Positions 50,474 through 62,379 of a stretch of DNA of 64,000 bases are shown in pieces. The notes under the pieces are model-generated. The model saw only the letters and a program-made list of their open reading frames with translations. It did not search any database and had not been told where the DNA came from. Numbering within the stretch: the stretch's first letter is position 1; each line of letters begins with the position of its first letter. Source of the stretch: Magallana gigas (Eukaryota); contig NC_088855.1 of NCBI RefSeq assembly GCF_963853765.1, positions 5,332,001 to 5,396,000 of the forward strand, read 5' to 3'. A program made the position numbers and the translations under genes.

Positions 50474-51383
50474 TTAAATCCCCGGGTACTGTCCTCCACC
50501 GTAAGCATTAGACGACGGATAGGCGGGGCCCTGCCCAGGGTATCCACTGGGGTACCCCAGGGGGGACATTCCAGCTGGCAGAGAGCTTGGATGTCCAGCT
50601 GGAATGGTACTGTGAGCCCCAACAGGGAATCCTCGTGGGACACTGGTCACAGTTACACCCGGAAAGCCCCCTTGATGTGCCAGAGCCCCTGGCATGGTCA
50701 TCACAGGGTTTCCTGGGGGGTAGCTGGTACCCTGATGTAACTGATGGGAGCTGAGGTATGAGGGGGTCATGGAGGGATACTGCGAGGCGTAGGCCAGTGT
50801 TGTGGAGGGCAGGGTCTGGAGGGAGGGGTGATGTACAGGCTGGGCCGACCGAAACTGTACCCCAGCGCCAGCCATACTACTGGGATAAGCCATTCCTGGA
50901 ACAAGTCAAACAGTACATTACAATTTACAGAGTAACAATTGAGTCCATCAGACAATTTATTTATTCTCATGATGCACTGAACAATATAGAGACAATGAAA
51001 TATCAAAGAGGATAAGTAAGCCAATATCACATTGCATATAGCCAGGACAAGCATTCTTTACTAACACAGATTACACAGCTTATGAAGTTTTAAACTTCAT
51101 TCTCATTTTCTGTTTAGATGAAGAAGCTTATGATTTAAAATAGTAACTAACCTGATGGGTAGCCAGAAATGGAGCTGTATCCCTGCATGGCCTGGGCTGT
51201 AGTACCCATGGGAGCCCCTGCGTACTGCTGACCCATTGCTCCAGCTGGACCAGGATAGCGGGGCTGGGTCAGGGACGACCCCTGTACCAGGCCAGGCTGA
51301 GAAGGGGGGTAGCCAGAGGACGGGTACCCTGGCTGTCCCTGAAGACTACCTTTGTCTACTGTGGGAGCTCCATAAAAGTTCAT
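50474..51383 (-). CDS. Pro/Gly/Tyr/Ser-rich low-complexity protein (~217 aa, 2 coding exons found), possibly FAM168-like
   Basis: Exon 51386-51152 (acceptor tttcag|AGA ATG AAC TTT; donor G|gttagt) joins in phase to 50895-50474 (TAA). Sequence MNFYGAPTVDKGSLQGQPGYPSSGYPP...VQFRSAQPVHHP...GYPGQGPAYPSSNAYGGGQYPGI. The upstream exon(s) were not identified; family identity is tentative. Confidence 0.75.
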
Positions 51384-53812
51384 TCTCTGAAATCATTGAA
51401 TGTAATTTGAAAAGCTTCTCTTTAGAACATAGCATTCATAAATCATATCTTCATACCTATTCTCAATATCTTAAAATCTCAAAACTAAATATTGTTTTTA
51501 TGTAAGGTGTTAAATTATGAACTATAAGAGGTGAAATTTTCTCCCTATCATATGATGTTAACCCTGTATAGTGTGAGGGAAATAATTTCTCCTTCAGGTC
51601 TCATTTTTCAACATTATTATTCTTGTTGAAATATGAACATCTATTTCTACCATAGTCTTGAAGACCACATTAGGTTAGATGGGTTCATGTCCAGGGAACT
51701 AGAATCAAGCATAGCATAAATTGTTCCTCAGTCTTTTTCATATTTTCTAATATATACATATACTTTCACATTGGTATCCTGATATTCATGGATTTTTCAT
51801 GAATTCATTGTCACTATGTACTGGTAACTTGATGTTACTGGGATGAAATTTCAAAATTAATTTACTTTCATAAAGAGTTTTTCAAGCATGATAATATTCA
51901 TTATTTGTGGGGAAAATTAATTCAAAAGGCAATGAGTATCCACAAAATCCATGAAATATGTCCCAGATTCAGTCTTTTCTTTATCAGCAAGGAATGGTTG
52001 TCATTTCCAATTAATCATGAGTATCAAGTGATTAAAATGATGATTTCCATTTTCCAGAAACAACTGAGCAATTAATTAGACAGACATATCGTTTTAATAA
52101 AACATCCAAAGAATGACAACTATTCCTTTTCATCAAAATTAAATCATACATTGTAGCAACATTTAATGCAAGCTTTATAGCAGAGAGGCTGTCAACATTG
52201 TTTAAGAATTGTCCTTCCTTCAGCAACATCAAGTAACCCCAATATTTACTGGTCTAGTGGTGCAGCGGTGAGCCTTGGAGATACAAGTGTCACAGGTTAG
52301 ATTCACCTGCCAGTTTTATAAATACATTGTCAAAGAATCTGATTTTAATGTTCGCAATTAATTCACATTGATGCCTGAAGGTTGGACAATCTTTAACTTG
52401 TTCAATACTTATGAGTAACTTTTCATGTAAGCATATATATTATTACAATCATTGAAAAACTTGAGCCAAATATCTAGTACAGTCTGTCCCAAATACAAAT
52501 ATGGACATTGTTTTTTGCTGATATTTTACTATATAATTATATCTTAAATTGTGAATGAATTGAAAAATAATTCAAAAATTCATCCCTTTGAAACTTCTCC
52601 AGATATTGATTTTGTTCATTCACGTAATGCTTGACTTATGATAGCAATCAACATAATCCAATTTTGTGAATATTGATCTACAAAAGTGAGAGTTTCATTC
52701 GTCATCTATCATGGCGAAGTTAGGGAACAGTTTCAAAGGAGTAATAATGGATGCTCTGAGAACTTAGAAATCTGGGACACACTAGAAGCTTTAAGTAATG
52801 CCATATGTAATGCACTGCATTACAAAATGAATGTTACTGAATGCATAACTGTTGAGATATGTTTATATTACAAGTAATGAAGATGAAGGCTTTTCTCATT
52901 GATAAATATGAATGAGTTTCTTGTATTTTTTGTAATGTACTGCATTACTTTGCATCTTTTATAACCTTCGACTTCGGTGCCATACATCTTGCATGTACTC
53001 ACTCTTGCCTTAAGTTTTACTTTTCCAATAGTCCTTTGGTAAAAGTGAGACCCAGATCAAAAGTGAGCTCATGTCAGTATTATGGCATCGAAGCTAGGTC
53101 TATTAATTACACATATCATGCACAACACAACATTGAAAATATCTGTTATTATGTTACATAATTCTTCTTAGGAACTAGACATATTGCACATATAGTCACT
53201 GTGAAATCATAGGAATTAATGGTGGTCATATTGTAATTGATTGTGGTTTTATTTGAGGATGTGTCATTCCTTGATAAGAAACACCCATAGAAATTGGTCC
53301 ACCAGTAACTTTCTGATTCCACAATACATAATACACATATTTATAAAATAGTTCTGTACTTTTTAAAGTACACAATTATTTTTCTTAATTGTACTACATG
53401 GTTATTGAAAATTTTGAAGCAGACTTAATTAAATAAGAGTAAATATTTCACTAATAAAGCACAGCTACAATGAAGTTCCAGGATCTCTTCATTTTGTTTA
53501 AAACAACATAGTACATCCTTATACATATTATCAATTGTGTGTCTCTGCATTAATCAGAGAACAGAATCGATTGGTCTGCCGTTCAGAGTAACTGCGCTTG
53601 TTCCCAGATAGGAGGAGCTATGTTAAATACCTACCAAAATGCAAAATTCTGTTCCTCTTTAAATCTATTGAACTACAAAGACAGAGTACATAGTGCATAA
53701 GTTATAACACAGCACACAATGCAGCTTAGTGTGCTTTGTGCTACTTTAATTTCCAGTCACTCACACAATGAATATTATTGTGCTGTTACTGTCAAATTCA
53801 TTATTGCAGAGT

Positions 53813-54032
53813 ACAGTGGAATCATTAAATTTCCTGGGAGCCAATTTTCGTGGATTGTTTTAATTTTACAAGTTCATGGGGAAGTAAGTTTGGGTATTCT
53901 CTTACACCTACAAAAAGAAATATGACTTTATAACCCTAATTTATTAATTGGTGGAGGATGTTAATTTGTAGACGAGAGGTACCCACAAATTTCACGAAAA
54001 CTGAGCCACCACAAAATCTAATGATTCCAGAG
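53813..54032. mobile_element. MITE with TA-flanked (A/T)GTGGAATCATTA TIRs; related copy at ~59848-60040
   Basis: TACAGTGGAATCATTAAA...CTAATGATTCCAGAGT here; TACTGTGGAATCATTA...CTAATGATGCCACAGTA in the second copy. Confidence 0.55.
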
Positions 54033-55802
54033 TCATCAGGATGTAACATTTTTTGTGTTACCTTAATACATGTTATAATTACAATGTGCTTATCTATGCT
54101 GCTGTAAATTCAAAGACAGCAACATAGACAATGTAATGTACCTTAATATGTGCTGTACTACCATACTACTGATGGCAGTACAAAAATGTTTGTGCTGCCA
54201 TGGTATCCAAAGGATGATATAAGTGACTTATCCAAACTAATATGAACCTAATTACTTTTGACCTTAATTTATGTTATTTTGATTCAATCTTCACTTTCCA
54301 GTATTTAAACAAATATAAATGTATTACATGCATGCCTTATGGACTAACTAACACACAGACTACAACATTTACATGTAATATATGTACTAATGAAATACCT
54401 GTTACCAAAAAAATTAGAATTATACTATAAACTTAGAAAGCTTAATTCATAATGCATGTGTCATAACTCATAATAATTTAATTCATGTTGTTGAAACCCC
54501 CAAACCCAATCAAAAAGAAAGTATTAATTGTAGGTATAATTTAAAAACTCCTTTTTACCCAACTTTAGAACAAACATAGCAATAATTAGCAATATTGAAG
54601 AAAAAACCTCCTAAACTTTTGGACAAAACAGCAATAAATAGCAATAAGCAGTCTCGGCTGTGAATTTGTAGAAATGCAGAGTTGCCATCCCTACAATATA
54701 TATTTTTTTTAACTTTATGACTATAAATGAACAAATTGACATCTTCTGACATATGGGTGTTTTCCCACTCAGCAGTATGGTTATATGACTCCCCATACAG
54801 CACAGGCCCGGGATCAATACTCATTCAGCTACAGGCATAATTAATCAGGAGTTCATGCATTGATTTTAGGAGTTGCAGCCACTGACTAGACGACAGCAAG
54901 CTCTGACTGGTCTCCAGACACCCCCCCTCCCCCTACTGTATCTATCAGACAGAGTCCTCCTGCACTCACCACTGAGCTGCACTCCCCTGGTCTACATTTT
55001 CAACTCTGAGTACTCTATCTGCCCCTAGATGTACTAAGTCTGACTTGAGTGCACCAAGAAATATCTAGTTGACCTAGATTATGAGAAAGTTTTGCACCAG
55101 AAGATAAACTCTGTGTAATTATATACAGACTAGATTACACAGTTGTTATTGATTAATAGATAAAAAGCATGAAACCAGACTGTTATGTTGAAAGAGAAGT
55201 TACAGTAAAAGCTCTATTGATCTTAATCTGCAATTAATTATCTATGCATTTGTTGCCTGCTTCTGTGTAATTTGTAACAATGGGTTATTTGACAATATTA
55301 TTCCCCTTCCTCATTCTTCCTCTATTTGCTTCCAGCATAATTTAAGCATAGAAAGTTGTTAACAGAAATGAAGTTTATATATTGACTTCTTGACTGGACC
55401 AGTAAATCGATTGAATCTGTGTGTTTTAGATTTATGTACAGTAATTGTATATATAGTCCACTTATTTCATAATATGAGCAAACCATCTATGCTGTAAGAA
55501 ATCTAAGCTGCAGTTCTCAAGTATTACTATGCTGATTAAAAAAACCTGGCTTTGCCCATTACTAGTAGTTGATTTACATCCATCAAAGATAACTAAGGAA
55601 TTACTTGTGCTGATGCAAATCCACAACCAAAGGGTTCGCAGTTAAGAAGGATGGTATATAAAGAGGGATGGGGGCCGGGGGGGGGGGGGGGGGGGGGGGG
55701 GAGAGGGGGGGGGGGGTGTTGTTATGGAATGGTCAAGCATACTGAGGGCTACTTACACTTGCTTAGATGCAATAAATAGGGAGGGATGGGATTAGAGGGG
55801 TC

Positions 55803-56876
55803 AGGTATGATTGGAGTTAGGGTTGGGCCAGGTTTGATTTGAGTAAGGGGGGGGGGGGGGGCGGGCCAGGTGTGATTGTGATTGTAGTAGGGTCGGGCAA
55901 GACGAGATTGGAGTTAGAATTGGACCAGGTGTGGTTGGGGTTAGGGTTGGACCACGTGTGATTAGAGTATGGGTTGGGCCAGGAGTGATTGGAGTAAGGG
56001 TGGGACCAGGTGTGATCGGAGTAAGGGTTGGACCAAGTGTGATTGGAGTAAGGGTTGGGCCAGGTGTGATTGGAGTAAGGGTTGGGCCAGGTGTGATTGG
56101 AGTATGGGTTGGGCCAGGTGCTATTGGAGTATGGGTGGGGCCAGGTGATATTTGAGTTAGGGAAGGACCAGGTGTGATTAGAGTAAGGGTTGGGCCAGGT
56201 GTGATTGGAGTAAGGGTGGAACCAAGTGTGATTGGAGTAAGGGTGGGGGCCAGGTGTGATTGGAGTAAGGGTTGGACCTGGTGTGATTGGAGTAAGGGTT
56301 GGGCCAGGTGTGATTGGAGTAAGGGTTGGGCCAGGTGCGATTGGAGTAAGGGTGGGGCCAGGTGCGATTAGAGTAAGGGTGGGACCAGGTGTGATTGGAG
56401 TAAGGGTTGGGCCAGGTGCGATTGGAGTAAGGGTGGGGCCAGGTGTGATTGGAGTAAGGGTTGGACCAGGTGTGATTGGAGTAAGGGTGGGGCCAGGTGT
56501 GATTGGAGTAAGGGTTGGGCCAGGTGCGATTGGAGTAAGGGTGGGACCAGGTGAGATTGGAGTGAGGTTGGGGCCAGGTGTGATTGGAGTAAGGGTGGGG
56601 CCAGGTGCGATTGGAGTAAGGGTGGGACCAGGTGAGATTGGAGTGAGGTTGGGGCCAGGTGTGATTGGAGTAAGGGTGGGGCCAGGTGTGATTGGAGTAA
56701 GGGTTGGGCCAGGTGTGATTGAAGTAAGGGTGGGGCCAGGTGTGATTGAAGTAAGGGTGGGGCCAGGTGTGATTGGAGTAAGGGTGGGGCCAGGTGTGAT
56801 TGGAGTAAGGGTGGGACCAGGTGTGATTGGAGTAAGGGTGGGGCCAGGTATGATTGGAGTTAGGGTGGGGCCAGGT
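55803..56876. repeat. 27-bp G-rich minisatellite, ~38-39 copies, preceded by poly-G tracts
   Basis: Unit GGTGTGATTGGAGTAAGGGT(T/G)GG(G/A)CCA; poly-G at ~55670-55715 and ~55847-55862. Confidence 0.97.
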
Positions 56877-57323
56877 AACCTGAGGGTCACCACCACTTTC
56901 ATGTACATGAATATGCAATATTTCTCCTAAAAATGACAATATTCTAACCCAAGGATAAAAATTTGCAGTTTTTATGACAAATTCACCTTGGTGTATGTAA
57001 ACCAGAAAAGGAATAACTTAGCAAACATATATATTTTATTTGAGCTTTTATCCAGTGATAAATATTTCTGAAAGTAACATTATCTTAGAATTAAAAAACA
57101 ATTAAGAGCTCAAAACTTCAGAATTATATTTGTGAGTGTTTCAAATCAAAAGACAATTTAGGCATTATTCACTTTAAATTCTTTCTCATTACTGTACATT
57201 GCCCATACTTACTATATGTTTAATGATAATAGGCACATAGCTGATGATTTTTTAATAAAATTCATACAAATTGTTTATACTGTAAGAATTACCGGTATCT
57301 TATTTTCTATATCAAAAGCTAGC

Positions 57324-58378
57324 CAGTGATTGGGAAGGCCAAAAATGTCAATGGGACTATGGCCCCACAGTTATTAATTTTAATGGGCCATTTTCATAAT
57401 GAAAGGGCCATCTATTTATTCATTGGGGCCATTTTGTAAAATTGAAATTATCAAGGACCAACCTAGAGCAAAACAACTTCTATAAAATTTAAAAACTTAA
57501 CCAATTGGTTAAATTTCATTTATTTGATGTGTTTATACATTTCACTGATGCAATTTTTGTAATGGTGTTTGCTTAATGATAAATAAAATCAGTCTCTGTA
57601 CAATCTAATTAAAATTAGATGTTTGATCCGCTCGCTTACTCGCTACTTTGTAGCGAGTAAGCGAGCGGATCAAACATCTAATTTTAATTAGATTGGTCTC
57701 TGTACTTCTGTGTTTTTTGGAGGTTACCGTTAGCCTCGGTTAGGTAGAGAATCTTTCAAACTTTGAAGATGACTGTAGGGAAACAGTTTTTCTTATTATT
57801 TAAACATTAATTTTGCGAGTTATTAACTGATTACAAGTTACAACTAATTGTAGTATCGACACTTAAATAAATAAACATCGGTTGTAATTTTCAAAGCACA
57901 GTGTTGTTGCATCATCCGCATTTATAACCCCTACAGTAACAATAAGCATGGTAAGGCAGTCGTGAGTTTTAATAATCACAACAGGGATTAATTGAGGCTG
58001 TGAAAACGTCTTTTCAATTAGATAATCATCATTTTACTGCATTTGGGGTTAGTTTACATAATTGAGAACTCAGGATACTGGGCGACTTCAACTTCTCTTT
58101 CGGAGGAAATTCTGGAATGAACTACCACTGTCGTTTTTATTGGTTGTTTATTTCTGTTTTACCAAACACGACCAATGAAATTTGATGTTTTAAAACGAAT
58201 GTATTAAAAGACGATTAGGTTTGTCTTACAGAGTAAATTTCCAGCGGACATCGCTAAAACTTTTATAACCAATGAGAAATTTGAATGCGCACTTCGGCGC
58301 TTAGAGTAATTGATTTATTGCGCCATTTTTCTCTTAAATGCGACTATGGCGCGTGGCGCAGGTCCTTCCCAATCACTG
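57324..58378. mobile_element. 1.05-kb non-autonomous TIR element
   Basis: CAGTGATTGGGAAGG ... CCTTCCCAATCACTG termini, flanked on both sides by GCTAGC (57318-23, 58379-84). No ORF of 60 aa or more in the track. Confidence 0.75.
57601..57695. mobile_element. Perfect 95-bp palindromic MITE with 9-bp TSD
   Basis: 46-bp arms are exact reverse complements around a TTT loop; GTCTCTGTA is duplicated at 57592-57600 and 57696-57704. Confidence 0.9.
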
Positions 58379-61300
58379 GCTAGCACAATTTTTGTGCGCT
58401 GTAAATTACAAATTTTATGAATGAGAGGAACTGTAGCTCTAGGGCATGTTGACCCAAACTTTACCTACAGTTACATATCAGTAGCGACAAAGAAAACCAC
58501 AAGACAGTAGTCCTTACAAGAGCCCAGACTCACAACAAAAGAAAGATAACTCTTACTGAAATCTCATGAATGAATAATTGGCATCACAGGGGCCAAGCCC
58601 AGTTTTATGGTTACATTGAAATTAATGTTAAAACGGCTTGGCCCCTGTGTCTGGCATGTTAGGTACATATTGTGGCAAAGAAAACTAATTATCACGATAT
58701 TTTTTTGTATTTAAATATATTTGTATATAAAACATAGTCTTCAACACTAAAATATTTATCTTCAGAGCAAGATGAAATACCTAAAGCTGTCACTGCATGG
58801 CTTCTTTAGACAGTACCGGTACATGTAGTACTGTATACACATTTTAACCATTTTTTCATTCTGCAGGTGCAAGTTTTAATTCTAAGATAACATCTCTTAG
58901 TCATATCTATGTATTATTAAACACCATATTCATACTTTTTGCAAGAAAACCATTTACCGTACTAAACCTATTTCAGTGATCGAGACTCACAAATCACCAA
59001 AATAAATTTCTTATACTGGAAATCAAATAGCTTTCATCAGTGGTGGAAAAATGTTTGAGATTTGCAAAAATATGTCTAACAGTTAAACATAGAATCAAAC
59101 TCTGGAGAAATGAAGTTCTTGCAAATGATAAAGTTATTCAAAATCAATCTTATTTCCAACACAGCATTACATGTATTAACCTTATGTTTTTATTTCTGTC
59201 GATTTAATGTCCAACATATCAAAAGCAATTTAATGTCTTACAAAGCCATATTAGTTTAATAACTTATTTTTAAAAAGTTCAATGAACAGTTTAACAAACT
59301 GTTGATAACCACAACTGGATTTCATTTAAGGCTTCCTCTGAAAACATTTCTGGTTTAATTTACTCTATATATAACTCCACCTTTATAATGTAACAAGTTA
59401 TTTCAACCTAGTAGCAAACTTAATAATAAACATATCTATGTAAAGAAAAACAGAATTATAGCAAAGCAACAGTACATATTATCATAGTAATCACTTATCA
59501 ATTACATTTAATTGATGGTACATGTATATTGAGATTACAGCATTGAACTGACATTGCAGTAACCATTAACTCATTATAGGAGTGTTCGCTATAATCTTGT
59601 TTTTCTGTAGATCTAATGGCTAACTGATATACTTACGGGACACTATTATACGTACTACATAGCCATATCAATTTAAAAGCAGACTCATTTAAAATATCCA
59701 ATGTCCATAAAATAACTATGCCATAATGTCTTCTTTTCTCTATAAATGGTGCCTAATATCTTATTTGCAATCCTCTTTTAATTAACCTATTCATATCACC
59801 ATATTCTCACATCTTTCATAGAATCAAAGTCATAACAACTTAACGCTTACTGTGGAATCATTACCAATTTTGGGGGCTAATTTTTGTGGATAGATGCTTT
59901 TTTACAGAATTTCGTGGATTTATTTTTATGATTAATGAACTGATTTTGCATTTAATTTGATGATTGTTGTAGATGCAAGATTTTTGAGGAGTGGGAATCA
60001 AAAAAATTGAGCCACTCAGAGTTCTAATGATGCCACAGTAAATTCAATCTGTAAATTCAATTCAATAATGATATATTAATTAATATCATTCAAATCAACA
60101 AAAACTACACAAATTCAAAGATAGATCTAAGTAACTAACATCTTCTCATTGAAGATGGTCATGCCCACCTTTTAATATTTTTCTGCGTTTGGCCGTATTT
60201 CAATGAATTTTAATTAAACGGTATGAAATAAGTCGCAAATTGATAGATATTACAAAAGGGATTTTTACTCGGACAAGTTGTAATTAGTTTCATCATTCAT
60301 TAAGTTTGAAGATGAATATATGGACCATCAAGATGAATATATGGACCATCAACTAACCGCCCTGCATTCTTAACACAGAATAAATACCAACTGTTCCGTC
60401 GAAATGTCTGAAAGTGAAAGTTGATTCTGGTTTAAAGACCTTCCAGGAACAGCCAGCTCTGGTGACATCTCAAAATTTCTTTAGTGTTATAGCTCTCATG
60501 GGTTGATACACAGATAAATTATTATTAATCCCAAAGAAAAATTATCTATAGGTCTGTACTGGTTTTTGTTTGGCTCCTTCAACTTTAGCAAAGGTTATCC
60601 TTCGACCAGATGTCAATGATTCTGTATATATGTTAGAGTATTCGTATACAATATACAGCAGGGTTATTTTTACATATGGAATATTCTGTAAAATAACCAT
60701 TATAAAATATTTCCTTATATGAATCCTTTAAATTATCAAAATGCAAGACGCTTGATAACCTAAATATCTGTTATTGCTTGTGACAACCTTTAGTATTTAA
60801 TTGTACTCAGCATTGTTATACTTGCATGAGTATCTATACTATCAATATCCCTCAATATTTAATTATAATAAAAAAAAAGACACTGGTATACTACAGCCAG
60901 TTAAATCTTATGATACATACAATTAAATGAGACAGCTACCATATTGACACTGTCAGATGTCTACATGAAATTAACATACATGTATATTACATGAAATTTA
61001 CTTACATGTATATTACAAACTGTTGTTGTCTGTTACATTACCAATAGGAAAAGCTGAAATTTTAAAAAGAAAATTTATCATATAAAACTAAAAAATATTA
61101 AGTACAAATTACAAGAAATACCCTAATACACATACAATAACATAGTAATATAAAGTATCAAACAGGCTTAATATTTTGTGGATGACGTCAACAAATATTT
61201 GCACATGAATCAAATAGCACTCACAAATATTTGAATATTGATTAATGGTATTTGTTTTATCACTACAAAAAGACCTATACTCTGTCTCGATGTTCTTGCA

Positions 61301-62353
61301 TCACATTTTGCAGAATCAACCAATATTCATAATACAGCATATACCTCAGGGACTAAACTATATTCGTTACCTACATGTAAAATGAAATATTTCCTCAGGA
61401 AACGCATCTCTATCTCATTAAGTTTTAAGACACTGCTTAAAAAAACATGTGTAAAAGGAGTCTGCATTGCAAATAAAGGTACTCTAAACACATATGAGAT
61501 GTTCGTGGAACTTCTAAATGGATATATGATTTTATTTTTTATTTTTTAGATTTCCACACTATATAAAAATATATATTAATATTTCCACTTCTGAGTAATG
61601 AGAGGTAACATATCAATGCAATCAAATTATCTTGGATTTTTCCCTATATCCATTTCATCTTTCTTCAGTGACTGATAAGAGTAGTAGAGATGTAAATTAG
61701 GCCTTTTTTAGAAAATCAACAATAGGAAAGAAACTGTTTTCGTTTAAATTGGACAAGAGCTCTATTATATTTCATTACTTATATATATTGGGGTTTTTTT
61801 TCTTCAAACTACGGCATTCATCGTGGAATCTACAAAAGTTGCACTCTGCCCCATAAATCTATGTATAGTTTAGATCTTTTCACTGCCATTAATTTTTTTA
61901 CTGCGTATTTACAAATGTAAATGGTTGTGCGAAAATCCAAAAATGACCGCTACAATACTCTTAGGTGGGTTTGAAACTTTAAGTAATCTTAATCACTGTG
62001 TCTAAATATATCACTTAATAGAAATAGCTTAACCAATTAGAGTGCTTTGGCCGTTTGCTGTTTCTATTTGGAAGAAAGAAAACGGCCGCCAGATTTGGTG
62101 CACTAAATCGGCTTCACTCTGATTACTTTGGATCGCCGTGATCGTCGGTTTCGGATCGTTAGTATAACGAGTCTTTGCACCAAAAAAGTGATTTCACTTC
62201 GGAAAACCCTAGAAAACAATACACACCTATATGATCTATGTTTTCACTGTCGCGTTCTGCCTCAAAAACAAAGACGACACTTTCTCCAACAGTTCCACAC
62301 GGAAGGATTCAAGGATTTTGATTGGTTAAAAAGATAACTATCTCGCCGCGCGC

Positions 62354-62379
62354 AGAGAGAGAGAGAGAGAGAGAGAGAG
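62354..62379. repeat. (AG)13 microsatellite
   Basis: Direct reading of the sequence. Confidence 0.95.

Noticed and set aside
50359-51015. Overlapping alternative-frame and antisense ORFs (94, 121 and 85 aa)
   Set aside because: Shadows of the GC-rich coding exon 50895-50474, whose frame is fixed by splice phase.
54950-54995. GGGGAGTGCAGCTCAGTGGTGAGTGC on the - strand, resembling a tRNA 5' half
   Set aside because: No T-arm/box B or acceptor-stem complement follows. At most a SINE remnant or a non-coding exon donor.
55817-56939. Long ORFs (363, 253 and 224 aa) with PTLTPITPG / PHPYSNHTW / VIGVRVGPG repeats, mucin-like
   Set aside because: These are by-products of a 27-bp unit that is stop-free in several frames on both strands. 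The 363-aa ORF changes repeat register midway at an indel, and no splice context supports it.
60309-60351. 21-bp exact tandem duplication (AAGATGAATATATGGACCATC x2); similar short duplications at ~2220 and ~9430
   Set aside because: Ordinary slippage-type duplications with no further structure.
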